Assembly (NCBI GenBank): GCA_965198115.1 | Contig: OZ240241.1 | Coordinates: 6,272,001 to 6,336,000, forward strand | Direction of reading: 5' to 3' | DNA: 64,000 nt | DNA from: Candidatus Latescibacterota bacterium | Lineage (GTDB): Bacteria > Latescibacterota > UBA2968 | Shown here: piece after piece, positions 1 to 10,171 of the stretch | How the letters are laid out: the number at the start of each line of letters is the position of its first letter | Numbering within the stretch: the stretch's first letter is position 1 | Notes under the pieces: model-generated | Seen by the model: the letters and a program-made list of their open reading frames with translations, nothing else | What the model was told of the DNA's origin: nothing | The model's database searches: none | Program-made: the position numbers and the translations under genes

Positions 1-1450
1 AACCGATGGGGGCCGTCGCTCATGGAGGGTTCGAACGGAGTCATCGCGACGTCTGGTGGGATGGGCTGTGGTCGGTTTAGTTATCGGGACGAGGTTTCGT
101 TCGAAAACTTCATCCAGACCCAGTGCTTTATCGCTGTCGACGCGATCGGACCGCCGGGGGCGGATCCATTGGAAATGGACCTCGAAAGTCTGTTGACGGG
201 TGGTTCTGGTGGAGACGCGAACTACCTCGCCCAGGGGGAGAATTCGTTTTACGGGATCAGTCAGTCGGATGGCCGCGTCGTGCTGTGGCCGACGCGTCAA
301 CGCCTCCCTCGGCCGATGCTTCGAGTCGTCGATGCCTTCGCAGAGGATGCGTTTTCCGCGATGGGGACGGACGAAATCGCGTGGCTCCGTCGTATACGTC
401 TGACGACTTATACGGGACGATTGCTCGCCCCGTCCTGGCTCGTCCTCGTAGGTGGGCCCCTACGGGATTTCTCGATTCTCGACGATGGTTCGGTGGGCGC
501 CACGCTCCCCGAATGCGGATCTCCGACGATCGAGGGAATCGAGTGCACGGATGCGGCCGACGTCATCCGGACAGGCGATGTGCTGGTTCTATCTCCAGAG
601 GGACCATCGAATGAGGTCTTGCGAAATTTGGTGACGTCAGAGAGAGATGTCGTCGATCTCTTCGTCGCCTCGCACCAGATTGTTCAATGGTCCTCGATCG
701 ACAGCCTTTCGACGCCGTCGGAAATCCAGGAGATTGTGCTTCAACGCCTGTCGACGATGCAGCTGATTGATCGTTACCTTCGTTTCTTCGACGATCTCTA
801 TGGCATTCGGGCGAAGGACGTGCGAGTAGCGATCCGGCCGGGGTTTATGGCACAGATCGGCGGTCTGTTCTGTTTGCCTGAGGATCGCCCCGTGTGTCAG
901 GAGATCGAGGCTGAGGTTCGCTCCGCCGAGCTGAGGATCGTGGAGGGTTGGCGTGAGGATGGGTTCGATCCGTGGGTTTCCTACTTTCTTCGATACGATG
1001 AATCTGGAAACTCGCTCCCGTTCTCCGATCAGGCCCCCGCCATCGATCTCTTCGACGGTATCGTGCTCGATGTAAACACGAATGCGAGTCCTCCCGGCAC
1101 ACCAGAGTTCATCACTGATGCGCTCCCGAACGCCATCGCGGGCATCGCGGAAGAGGTTGGGTCGATGCGGATCATCGTCAGTCCGTGGGCGGGACCGATG
1201 GATTTCTACACGGAGGGTGGGTTCTGTGAAGGAGAGATCTGTCGATCCGCTTTTGAAGACTACTACAGGATGAACGAAGCGCTCTTTCATCAGGCATTGG
1301 CGTCCTTTCCGCTCGAGCAGATCGACAGCTTCGTCATCCCCCTCGTCGACGGTGGTCACTTCGACATCCGAAACCCACGAGGGCGGTGTGAACCGCGTTG
1401 GGGAAACAGGATTCAACAATCCGCTTCTGAACATCTATCTCACCCAATGA
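1..1450 (+). CDS. hypothetical acidic protein, probably 5'-truncated by the window edge; probable frameshift near 1375
   Basis: Long ORF 22..1491 with no recognisable motif. A shifted frame from ~1376 reads HEGGVNRVGETGFNNPLLNIYLTQ* (TGA 1448-1450) and ends just before the RBS of the next gene. Confidence 0.55.
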
Positions 1451-1471
1451 CCTCGACGTCAGGAGTCTGGC

Positions 1472-2566
1472 ATGAAATCTGTTGTCATTGAAGGCACGAA
1501 CAATCAGGTCCGTATCGATGAAGTCGAACTCGATGATCTACGGGAGGATGAAGTCCGTGTGAAGATGGGAGCCAGTGGCGTGTGTCACAGCGACTATTCC
1601 ATCATCGACGGAACGATCCCTGTAACGTATCCGATTGTGCTTGGACACGAGGGTGCTGGCGTCGTGGAAGAGGTGGGGCAACACGTGACAACTCTGAAAC
1701 CGGGCGATCACGTAGTCCTCACTTACATTCCGCAGTGCGGGAAGTGCTTCTACTGCACGACGGGGAAACCCAATCTGTGTGAAACGACGAGCTACACGCG
1801 AACGGGTGCGCTGCCAAACGGGCACGTGCCGATGAAACGGGGTGGTGAGCCGATCATCCAGATGGCGGGCATTGGGACGATGAGCGAATACACGATCGTG
1901 CACGAAACGAGTGCCATCGCGATCGATCCGGAGATTCCACTCGACAAAGTCGCATTGGTCGGATGCGGTGTGATGACCGGTGTCGGCGCAGCCATCAATA
2001 CCGCGCAGGTCGAGCCGGGCTCGTCGGTTGCCGTCTTCGGCTCTGGAGGGATCGGGTTGAACGTGATTCAAGGATCGGCTATGAGTGCCGCCAACACGAT
2101 AATCGCGGTCGATACGAATCCACTGAAACTGGATTTCGCGCTCCGATTCGGCGCGACACACACGGTCGACGCGAGCGAAGAGGATCCGGTGGAACGGATT
2201 CGTGAGATTACGGGAGGACGTGGGGCGGATTACACGTTCGAGGCGATCGGGAACGCAAGGGTCATGCAGCAGGCCTTCGAGAGCGCCCGACGCGCGGGGA
2301 CCGTGACCGTCATCGGCCTGGCGAAGGCGGACGATGAGCTGGCCATTTCAGCCTCGATGCTCGTTCGCGACGAAAAGCGCGTCCTCGGTTCGTTCTACGG
2401 CTCCACACGGCAGAGGGTGGACCTGCCCCGACTCTTGGATCTTTACCAGTCGGGCAACCTCAACCTGGATGGGCTGATTACACAGCGGTATTCGATCGAT
2501 GATGCTCAACAAGCGTTCGATGATCTTGTTGCGGGGAAAAATGCGCGAGGCGTGTTGGTTTTCTAG
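1472..2566 (+). CDS. Zn-dependent alcohol dehydrogenase (MDR, class III-like)
   Basis: GVCHSD, GHEGAG, CGKCFYC..C structural Zn cluster, GxGGIG NAD motif; AGGAG RBS. Confidence 0.93.
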   Translation: MKSVVIEGTNNQVRIDEVELDDLREDEVRVKMGASGVCHSDYSIIDGTIPVTYPIVLGHEGAGVVEEVGQHVTTLKPGDHVVLTYIPQCGKCFYCTTGKPNLCETTSYTRTGALPNGHVPMKRGGEPIIQMAGIGTMSEYTIVHETSAIAIDPEIPLDKVALVGCGVMTGVGAAINTAQVEPGSSVAVFGSGGIGLNVIQGSAMSAANTIIAVDTNPLKLDFALRFGATHTVDASEEDPVERIREITGGRGADYTFEAIGNARVMQQAFESARRAGTVTVIGLAKADDELAISASMLVRDEKRVLGSFYGSTRQRVDLPRLLDLYQSGNLNLDGLITQRYSIDDAQQAFDDLVAGKNARGVLVF

Positions 2567-2676
2567 TCTCGGGCAGGAAGAGTTCTGTTCCTTAAGAATG
2601 TTGCGGGAGAGCAGGGGGGCAGGGAGATCCGTTCAGCGGGGCCAACGGTCCGCGATAGAGTGACGGAGCACGAGCG

Positions 2677-3234
2677 ATGTCCACCGATATCATCCTGATC
2701 GGACCCATCGGTGCGGGCAAGAGCACCCAGGGCAAACTTCTGTCCGAGAAACTCGGATTGCCGCGTCAGCCTCTGGATGATCATCGATGGGATTACTACA
2801 AGGAAATTGGTTACGACAACGACTTCGCAGATAAGCTGCAGAAGGTAGGCGGTTTCTGGGCGAAATATATGTATTGGAAAACGTTCGAGATTCATGCGGT
2901 TGAGAGGATTCTATCGGAACACTGCGACTGCGTGATCGATTTCGGAGCAGGCCATTCGGTCTACGAGATCGACACGCACTTTGCTCGTGTGGAAAGAGCA
3001 CTGTCACCGTATGAGAACGTCGTGCTGCTTCTGCCGTCGCCAGATCTGGACGAGTCGATCCTGATCCTGAACGGAGAGCCTCAGAACGAGGAGGACAAAG
3101 AGGAGTGTGACGTCAACTCACACTTCGTGAGGCACCACTCGAACTACGATCTGGCGAAGCACACGGTTTACACGAAGGGACGGACGCCGGAAGAGACGCG
3201 GCATGAGATCATCGAGAGGACTGGGGTAGGATAG
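2677..3234 (+). CDS. shikimate kinase-like P-loop kinase
   Basis: N-terminal Walker A GPIGAGKST, VIDFGAG motif, 185 aa. Confidence 0.8.
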   Translation: MSTDIILIGPIGAGKSTQGKLLSEKLGLPRQPLDDHRWDYYKEIGYDNDFADKLQKVGGFWAKYMYWKTFEIHAVERILSEHCDCVIDFGAGHSVYEIDTHFARVERALSPYENVVLLLPSPDLDESILILNGEPQNEEDKEECDVNSHFVRHHSNYDLAKHTVYTKGRTPEETRHEIIERTGVG

Positions 3235-3262
3235 GATAGCAGGGGCAGGGAGCAGAGGAAAT

Positions 3263-4297
3263 TCAGCTTGATAACACGTCCTGATCCAGCGTGATGGCAT
3301 AGATGGAGCAGGCGCCCTTTCGTCGTCCGTGGTAGAAGGTGCACCACAAGCGATCGTTCTCTAGCGGGATCATCCAGGGGTAGCCGAAGTCGTCGTTCTC
3401 GGCGTCATCGGGGAACTCGATGATCGTTTGTCCCTGCTTCCAGGACGAACTGTCGAGGTCGGCGGACCAGGCGATGATGCGACCGGGCGCGTTGCCAGGT
3501 TCCGTCCGTTCGGTGACGAGCGAGACCAGACGGTCTCCGACTTTGAAAAGCGTAGGGCAGGGGAGTCGCGAATCTGGAGCCGATGCGGTGATGGGCGACT
3601 CTTTGACCTGCCAATCCATTCGACGTCGGTTTGCCGTGATCTGTTCGTAGCGATCGGTGTTCGGTCGTGCGAGGCCGATGATGTCTTCATCGACGGCGAC
3701 GAAGGCAGGTTCGACCAGGCGACGGTCGGTGACCTTCTCCGGCGCCTTCCAATGCAACCCATCCTCGCTGAACGACATCCACACACCTTGCGTATCCGGG
3801 TACGAACCCTCGCGATAGTGTCCGGCTACTGCGTAGCCCCGTCCTTCAACACGAAAGATGTGTCCGTAGACGGAGCCGGTACGTCCGGCGGCCAGTACGG
3901 ATACGTTGACCTCTTGCCACGATGCGGCCTGGTCGATCGAGACCCAGCCGAAAATGCTGTTGGCGTCATCACCCCGATAGGCCATCGCCACCAGGATGAT
4001 GGCATCGTCTGTCGTAACGCCGATGGCCAGGTTGCCACAGTGGGTGTAGTCGTCGCCGGCCGAGAACTCCTCGACGATCCGTGGATCGGAGAATGTCTGT
4101 CCTTCGTCGGACGATACGGCGACGGCCGGGCATCCCTCACCGTGGGCGCCGTGGAAGCGACCTGCGCTGAAGGTGAGGACGATCGTCCCCTGTTTGGTGC
4201 GTGCGACCTTTGGCCACGCGAGATGGGCGTGCCGGTCATCGTCGATGGGCGATAGGACGACCTGGGGATCGCCGAAACGACTCGTAGGTGTCGCCAT
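3263..4297 (-). CDS. sialidase/BNR (Asp-box) beta-propeller protein
   Basis: Asp-boxes SSDEGQTF, SIDQAASW, SEDGLHW; C-terminal DFGYP; ATG at 4297. Confidence 0.8.
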   Translation of the reverse strand: MATPTSRFGDPQVVLSPIDDDRHAHLAWPKVARTKQGTIVLTFSAGRFHGAHGEGCPAVAVSSDEGQTFSDPRIVEEFSAGDDYTHCGNLAIGVTTDDAIILVAMAYRGDDANSIFGWVSIDQAASWQEVNVSVLAAGRTGSVYGHIFRVEGRGYAVAGHYREGSYPDTQGVWMSFSEDGLHWKAPEKVTDRRLVEPAFVAVDEDIIGLARPNTDRYEQITANRRRMDWQVKESPITASAPDSRLPCPTLFKVGDRLVSLVTERTEPGNAPGRIIAWSADLDSSSWKQGQTIIEFPDDAENDDFGYPWMIPLENDRLWCTFYHGRRKGACSIYAITLDQDVLSS

Positions 4298-4299
4298 AG

Positions 4300-4626
4300 C
4301 TACTGTGGAGGTGACGCGATGTGGAGTCCAACGACGCCGATGATGATGAGCGCGATGGACGCGAGCTTCAGGGCGGAGACGGATTCGTGGAAGTAGAAGA
4401 TGCCGACGCCCGCTATGAGGGCTGTTCCGAGACCTGACCAGACAGTGTAGACGAGCGAGACTTCGAGAGTCTTGACGGCCAGGACCATGAATCCGAGTGA
4501 AATCAGATAGAAAACGCCGACGAGCACGGTTGGAACGGGACGCATGAAACCGTGGGACAGCTTCATACATACGGTCCCCACGACCTCGAGCACGATCGCG
4601 AGCGACAGGTAGACCCAGGCTCTCAC
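4300..4626 (-). CDS. SMR/DMT family small multidrug efflux transporter
   Basis: AWVYLSLAIVLEVVGT (membrane Glu), YTVWSGLG, four TM helices, 108 aa; GTG start inferred. Confidence 0.9.
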   Translation of the reverse strand: MRAWVYLSLAIVLEVVGTVCMKLSHGFMRPVPTVLVGVFYLISLGFMVLAVKTLEVSLVYTVWSGLGTALIAGVGIFYFHESVSALKLASIALIIIGVVGLHIASPPQ

Positions 4627-4782
4627 GACATCGAATATAGAACATCGATCATTGTGAATGTGGTTATATCGTCCGCGAACTCCCTGATGCGGGGGAGTTG
4701 CGTGGATTGCTGAGAACGACAGCGGAATATATACTGACACTCTGAATCGCAAGTCCGCAGAAGGCATCGATGGAGACGCAAG

Positions 4783-6870
4783 ATGAGCGGCAAAACATTC
4801 TTCCTGGTTGTGCTGGTTACTGTGATCGGAGGACGAATCGTGCAAGCGACTGAAGACGATCCCTTTCTCTGGCTGGAAGAGGTCGAGGATGAGAAGGCGT
4901 TGTCGTGGGCTCGGGATCAAAACGCGAAATCCACCGAAGCTCTCGAGAGTCACAACCAGTTCGAATCGATCCATGATCGGTTGCTGGAGATTTACAACTC
5001 GGATGACCGGATCCCGGGTGCCTCCTTCCGTGGACCGTTTGTTTACAACTTCTGGCAGGACGAAGAGAATGAGCGAGGCCTTTGGCGACGGACCACGCTC
5101 GACGACTACAAGAAAGACGATCCCTCCTGGGAGACGATGGTCGATGTCGACTCTCTGTCGAAAGCGGAAGATGAGGACTGGGTGTTCAAGGGTACGACTT
5201 ACCTGGAGCCCGATTTCGAACGAGTTATTCTGAGACTTTCTCGGGGTGGGGCTGACGCCGTGGTGATGCGTGAGTTCGATACGGTCAAAAAGGGCTTTGT
5301 CGAGGATGGTTTCCAACTGGAGGAAGCGAAAGGGAGTGTCTCCTGGAAGGACGAGCATACGCTCTACGTGGGCACGGATTTCGGAGAAGAGTCAATGACG
5401 GAATCCGGATATCCCCGGATCACGAAGGTCTGGAAACGGGGTCAATCGCTTGAAGAGGCAAAGATCCTGTTCGATGGAGAGAAAACGGATGTGGGGGTCT
5501 GGCCGAGCGTGTTGGTCACTCCCGACCGTCGATACGAGTTCGTAAGTCGTTCGATCGAGTTCTACAAGACGGAGGAATATGCGATCGTCGACGGGCAAAC
5601 GATCCGGATCGACATTCCGCTCGACGCTAATCTGGTCACCATTTTCAAGAACCAGATGATTGTCCGACTGAAGTCGGACTGGAAAGTGGACGGAGCAACC
5701 CTTCCGCAAGGCTCGTTGATCGCAATGGACTATGATCGATTCCTTAAAGGAGATCGGGATTTCACGGTCCTCGTCGAGCCTGATGAACGGAGTTCGATCG
5801 AAGATATCGGCCGCACTCGCGACCTGTTGCTCGTCAATATGCTGGCGAACGTGAGGGGGGAGCTCTTCGAGTACGTGTTCGAGGATGGAACCTGGTCGCA
5901 ACACCGCGTCAATGCACCGCAGAATGGGACGATCCGACTAGGAGGACAGGATGAGTTTACCAACAGGTACCTGTTCTACTTCGAGGGCTTCGTGCAGCCC
6001 CAAAGTCTCTATTTCGTGGAAGAGGGTAAGACCGATCCCATTCTTCTGAAGAGCCTCCCTGCGTTTTTCGACGCGACAGGACAGAAGGTGGAGCAATTGG
6101 AGGTCGCTTCGAAGGACGGAACGATGATTTCCTATTTCGTCGTTCGAAGTGAAGATGCGGAAGGCCCGGCTCCTGCCCTGCTCTACGGGTATGGAGGATT
6201 TGAAATCTCCATCAAGCCGTCTTATCTGTCTGCCTCCGGGAGCGCCTGGCTGGAGAAGGGCGGTGTCTTTGTGACAGCGAACATCCGTGGGGGTGGAGAG
6301 TTCGGCCCCAGGTGGCACGTGTCCGCGTTGAAAGAAAACCGACAACTCTGTTACGATGATTTTCACGCCGTGGCCGAGGATCTCGCTAACCGGGGCATCA
6401 CGACTCCACGACAGCTGGGCATCAAGGGAGGCAGCAACGGCGGATTGCTCGTGGGGGTGGCGTTTACACAGCGGCCGGACCTTTACGGCGCTGTCGTGTG
6501 TGCAGTTCCTTTGCTGGATATGAAGCGATATAACCAACTTCTGGCCGGCGCGAGCTGGATGGCGGAGTATGGGAATCCGGACATCCCTGAGGAGTGGGAG
6601 TACATCAAGGAATACTCACCGTATCACAATCTGGATGCGGATGCGAACTATCCCCGTGTGTTCTTCTATACGTCGACGAGGGATGACCGGGTGCACCCGG
6701 GCCACGCCAGGAAGATGGTCGCCCGGATGCAGGAGATGGGTCACGAGGTACTCTATTACGAGAACATCGAGGGTGGGCACGCCGCGGCAACGACGAACGA
6801 CCAAAGGGCGTACATCGATGCGCTGCAGTTTGCGTATTTGTGGGGAGAGTTGGGTGGGGCGGGTGATTGA
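4783..6870 (+). CDS. prolyl oligopeptidase (S9A), probably exported
   Basis: DPFLWLEE, LYGYGGF, GGSNGG nucleophile, DDRVHP, GGH; hydrophobic N-terminus. Confidence 0.95.
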   Translation: MSGKTFFLVVLVTVIGGRIVQATEDDPFLWLEEVEDEKALSWARDQNAKSTEALESHNQFESIHDRLLEIYNSDDRIPGASFRGPFVYNFWQDEENERGLWRRTTLDDYKKDDPSWETMVDVDSLSKAEDEDWVFKGTTYLEPDFERVILRLSRGGADAVVMREFDTVKKGFVEDGFQLEEAKGSVSWKDEHTLYVGTDFGEESMTESGYPRITKVWKRGQSLEEAKILFDGEKTDVGVWPSVLVTPDRRYEFVSRSIEFYKTEEYAIVDGQTIRIDIPLDANLVTIFKNQMIVRLKSDWKVDGATLPQGSLIAMDYDRFLKGDRDFTVLVEPDERSSIEDIGRTRDLLLVNMLANVRGELFEYVFEDGTWSQHRVNAPQNGTIRLGGQDEFTNRYLFYFEGFVQPQSLYFVEEGKTDPILLKSLPAFFDATGQKVEQLEVASKDGTMISYFVVRSEDAEGPAPALLYGYGGFEISIKPSYLSASGSAWLEKGGVFVTANIRGGGEFGPRWHVSALKENRQLCYDDFHAVAEDLANRGITTPRQLGIKGGSNGGLLVGVAFTQRPDLYGAVVCAVPLLDMKRYNQLLAGASWMAEYGNPDIPEEWEYIKEYSPYHNLDADANYPRVFFYTSTRDDRVHPGHARKMVARMQEMGHEVLYYENIEGGHAAATTNDQRAYIDALQFAYLWGELGGAGD

Positions 6871-6892
6871 GTCGAGGCAACGACACCCCGGG

Positions 6893-6943
6893 GCGTGGGG
6901 CTGAAGCCCCACGCTAAGGCAGCAAAGCCCGCTAAAGCGGGCT
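6893..6943. repeat. tandem pair of perfect short palindromes (REP-like)
   Basis: GCGTGGGGCT-GA-AGCCCCACGC (6893-6914) and AGCCCGCT-AA-AGCGGGCT (6926-6943) between convergent genes. Confidence 0.7.
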
Positions 6944-6987
6944 GAAGATAAACAGACCTAGCCGGATGACAAGACCTCCGTAGGACT

Positions 6988-7856
6988 TCAGTCGTTCAGT
7001 TTCGCGATGGCTGCCAGGTCGGCTTTCGATAACAGCGGTCGCTTGCACGCGTTGATGTTCTTCGCCACCTCTGAGGGCCGCATAATGCCGACGATCACAG
7101 AAGAAACTTCGTCGTGGGCGAGGGAGAACTTGATGGCGGCGTCGGTCAAGGGACGACCTTTGCGAGCGAGGAATCGATACGGATGGATGGCTGCGCTTTT
7201 ACCCTTCTGGAACAACCTTCCGCTGGCGAACGGTGATCGTGCGAGGATGCCGACCTTGTTTTGCGGGCCAGAGGGAAGAGCTCTTGCAAGGGCTGTTGAG
7301 TCAGGAGATTGAACGGTGTCTCGATGACTTCGGCGCCTTGCCTGATGCATTCGACCGCACCGGCTGCGCCCACCGAGGCACCAAATCGTCGGATCTTGCC
7401 CTGTTCCTTGAGTTTCCTGAGCGCATTCCACGTCGAATCCCTGCGAATGACATCGATCGGCGGATCGTGCAGCAGGTAGACGTCGATGTAATCCGTTTCG
7501 AGTCGCCAGAGACTCATTTCACACGCTTCACGTAAATAGCGCGGTGTGTGTCGCTGGGCCTGCCGGTCGTAGAGCCGTTGTGCGCCGTCGGCTCCAGGGA
7601 GGTATCCGGCTTTTGAGATGATGGTAACCTTCTTGCGTCGGTCGTTGAATGCACGACCGATGATAGCCTCACTTCGACCGTTCCCGTAGACATCGGCGGT
7701 GTCGAAGGTCGTGAACCCTGCGTCGAACGCTCGGTTGAGGAGTTTTCGCGCTGCAAACTGATCGATCGGTCCCCAGAACAGGCCGCCGATTTCCCAACAG
7801 CCCATCGTCAGTTCTGTGACGGTAATCCGTGTCTTTCCAAGTCTTCGCGTTTTCAC
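6988..7856 (-). CDS. aldo/keto reductase (frameshift in A-run ~7260)
   Basis: FDTADVYGNGRSE, SLWRLETDYIDVYLLH; C-terminus (VGILARSPFASG...) continues in ORF 6988..7431. Confidence 0.88.
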
Positions 7857-7871
7857 GGTCGAAACTCCTTC

Positions 7872-8999
7872 CTACGTCAGTGCTTTCCTCACTCGGTCGA
7901 TGACGAAGTCCACTTCATCCTCAATTAGATGGGCGACGGCGATGCGTAATCGATTCCCGGTCGCCCGTGCCCAGATCGATGGATCACCAGCCTTGAGTTC
8001 TTCGACGACCTGAGCCGCTGTTTTTCCGAGTCCCTCTTCGTCGATCGTGAGCATCGCGCCGTTGCTCAAGCTGTTGTCTTCGACGTGGCGTGTAATGCTG
8101 AGATGGGGCACGTTTTCGAGTGAGGTTGCGATGTGGTCGGCCTTGCGCCAATGATCGGCGATGCGTGCGTCGTGGTCCATCGACAGCCATTCCTTGAGGG
8201 CGACGACGACGGCGACGACTTCCTGACGGTCGAGCTTGAGCGGTCGGCCAACGGTTTCGAGATCGCCGGTTTCGAAACCGATGAAGCTGTGGGCGTAAGC
8301 TGCTTCGACAAGCTCTTTGCTGCCGCACAGGATGCCGGTCGAGTTGCAGGCACCGATGTACTTTGCGCCGAAGCCGATGAGGGCGTTCGGGGTCTGCGCG
8401 TAGTCCTTCATCAGGTCGAGCGGGTAGACTTGGTAGGCGGCGTCGATCGTGACGGGCAGGTTGTGACGTCCGGCGATGGTGAGCAGGCTGTCGAGGCCCT
8501 GAATGTCGTCTTCCGGGTCGCCCCAGGCATAGTAGTGGATACCCGCCGTCTGTTCGGTAATCGAATCTTCGAGCTGCTCTACGGTCGTACCGTTCTGATT
8601 CCCGACCATTATGACGTGGCCGCCGAAAATGGTCAGACAGCGCTGGTAGTGATACTTCTGACGCGCCTGGAACAAAAACTGGTTGGGAATCCCATTTGTG
8701 TGCGGAAGCTGCTCCATTCGCTCTGCGCTGCCGACGGACATACAGGCTGCAGCGGAGAGGGCAATGGCGGCGCCGCACCCAGGGGTGACGAAGGCGGCTT
8801 CCGTTTCGAGGAGGTCGGCGATGATCTCTCCCGTACTGTGAAAGAGCTCGTCCATCGAGACGTAATACCGGCTGGCGTCAGCCATCGCTTCCTGCACGAC
8901 GGGAGATGGACGTGAGCCACCGATGACGGTCTGGTTGCCCGCGGCGTTGATGACGGGGGTTGCGCCGAGGTCGCGGTAGAGCTGTGCGTGATCTTTCAT
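7872..8999 (-). CDS. SelA-like PLP enzyme (DgaE / D-glucosaminate-6-P ammonia-lyase-like)
   Basis: PVINAAGNQTVIGGS, IDAA, GAKYIG PLP lysine, GRPLKLDRQE; 375 aa, shorter than true SelA. Confidence 0.85.
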   Translation of the reverse strand: MKDHAQLYRDLGATPVINAAGNQTVIGGSRPSPVVQEAMADASRYYVSMDELFHSTGEIIADLLETEAAFVTPGCGAAIALSAAACMSVGSAERMEQLPHTNGIPNQFLFQARQKYHYQRCLTIFGGHVIMVGNQNGTTVEQLEDSITEQTAGIHYYAWGDPEDDIQGLDSLLTIAGRHNLPVTIDAAYQVYPLDLMKDYAQTPNALIGFGAKYIGACNSTGILCGSKELVEAAYAHSFIGFETGDLETVGRPLKLDRQEVVAVVVALKEWLSMDHDARIADHWRKADHIATSLENVPHLSITRHVEDNSLSNGAMLTIDEEGLGKTAAQVVEELKAGDPSIWARATGNRLRIAVAHLIEDEVDFVIDRVRKALT

Positions 9000-9017
9000 T
9001 CATTCGCTCCGAGAGTG

Positions 9018-9085
9018 GGAACCACAGAACACACAGAGCACACGGAGGGGGCGGACAAGCCCTGGCACCGAGGCCCTATCGGGAA
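9018..9085. repeat. intergenic ~65-bp element, copy 1 (9-bp periodic head + CCCTATCGGGA tail)
   Basis: First 34 bp identical to 10061-10094. Confidence 0.85.
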
Positions 9086-9124
9086 TGAGATCGGGGTGGA
9101 TCTGTACTTTCTGATGGCTGGACA

Positions 9125-10057
9125 TCATAGGACCAGGAAGGCTGCGCCGATGGAGCCGGCGTTGTTGCCGAGTCTGGCGAGGCCGATGGTGGTGGATTCG
9201 AATAGACCTTCGAGTGTGTTGATCTTCGTTGAAGCGATGATCGGTTCGAGCAACAGGTCGCCGGCTGCGCTGATGCCGCCGCCGATGGCGACGACGTCGG
9301 GGCTGAGGACGTGGAGCAGGTTGGCGACGGCGATGCCGATGTAAGCGGCGACGTGGTTGACCGTTGCGAGCGCGAGTGCGTCGCCCTTCGCGGCTGCGTC
9401 GCAGATGGCTTTGGGAGTGAGCGTCTCGACACGGGCGAGTGCGCTTTCCTCACCGGCATCCAGACGACGTTGGGCTTCGCTGATCATCCCCTTGGCCGCG
9501 CTAAGAGCCTCGAGACAGCCTTGCTTGCCACAGCCGCACAGGGGGCCGTCGGGAACGATGGTCATATGACCGACCTCACCGGCCGAGTGAGAGGCGCCGT
9601 GATGAATGGCACCGTCGATGACGACACCGCCGCCGATTCCCGTTCCGAGCGTCATGAGTACAAGGGATTGACGGCCGGCGCCGATGCCGGCCTTCGCTTC
9701 TGCGAGGGCGGCAACGTTGGCGTCGTTGTCGACCTCCACTGAGAGATCGGGGAAACGTTCGCTCAGTTCCTGTTTGATGGGAACGTAATTCCAATCGAGG
9801 TTGGGTGCGATGACGACAGTGCCATCGGCACGAGTGACGCCGGGCACACCGACACCAATGCCGACCGCTTCGCGGAGTGTGGCGCTATGGTCCGTACACA
9901 GTTGATCTGCGAGAGCGACGATCCGATCAGCGACGGCCGATGGGCCCTCCGAGGCCTGGGTAGGGATACTCCTCTGGCGGAGGACCTCGCCTTCCGGGGA
10001 GACGATGGCCCCTTTGGTATCGGTACCGCCGAGGTCGATGCCTATCGCGAAAGACAT
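9125..10057 (-). CDS. ROK family sugar kinase (glucokinase-like)
   Basis: IGIDLGGT, DNDANVAALAE, TLGTGIGGG, GEVGH, CGCGKQGCLE. Confidence 0.93.
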   Translation of the reverse strand: MSFAIGIDLGGTDTKGAIVSPEGEVLRQRSIPTQASEGPSAVADRIVALADQLCTDHSATLREAVGIGVGVPGVTRADGTVVIAPNLDWNYVPIKQELSERFPDLSVEVDNDANVAALAEAKAGIGAGRQSLVLMTLGTGIGGGVVIDGAIHHGASHSAGEVGHMTIVPDGPLCGCGKQGCLEALSAAKGMISEAQRRLDAGEESALARVETLTPKAICDAAAKGDALALATVNHVAAYIGIAVANLLHVLSPDVVAIGGGISAAGDLLLEPIIASTKINTLEGLFESTTIGLARLGNNAGSIGAAFLVL

Positions 10058-10060
10058 TTT

Positions 10061-10128
10061 GGAACCACAGAACACACAGAGCACACGGAGGGGGTGGTGG
10101 TCCGGAGCATCCAGGCCCTATTCGGGAA
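10061..10128. repeat. intergenic ~65-bp element, copy 2
   Basis: GGAACCACAGAACACACAGAGCACACGGAGGGGG...GCATCCAGGCCCTATTCGGGAA. Confidence 0.85.
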
Positions 10129-10171
10129 GGATCTCCGAGGTAGGTCCGAAGTGCGTACGGGCAGAGTGAGA

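Noticed and set aside
4630-4780. Guanidine riboswitch upstream of the SMR gene
   Set aside because: One hairpin (AACTCCC/GGGAGTT ~4678-4700) but no twin ACGR-loop hairpins or ykkC consensus.
7872-8999. True selenocysteine synthase selA
   Set aside because: Too short, lacks the N-terminal tRNA-binding domain, and there is no selB/selC/selD nearby.
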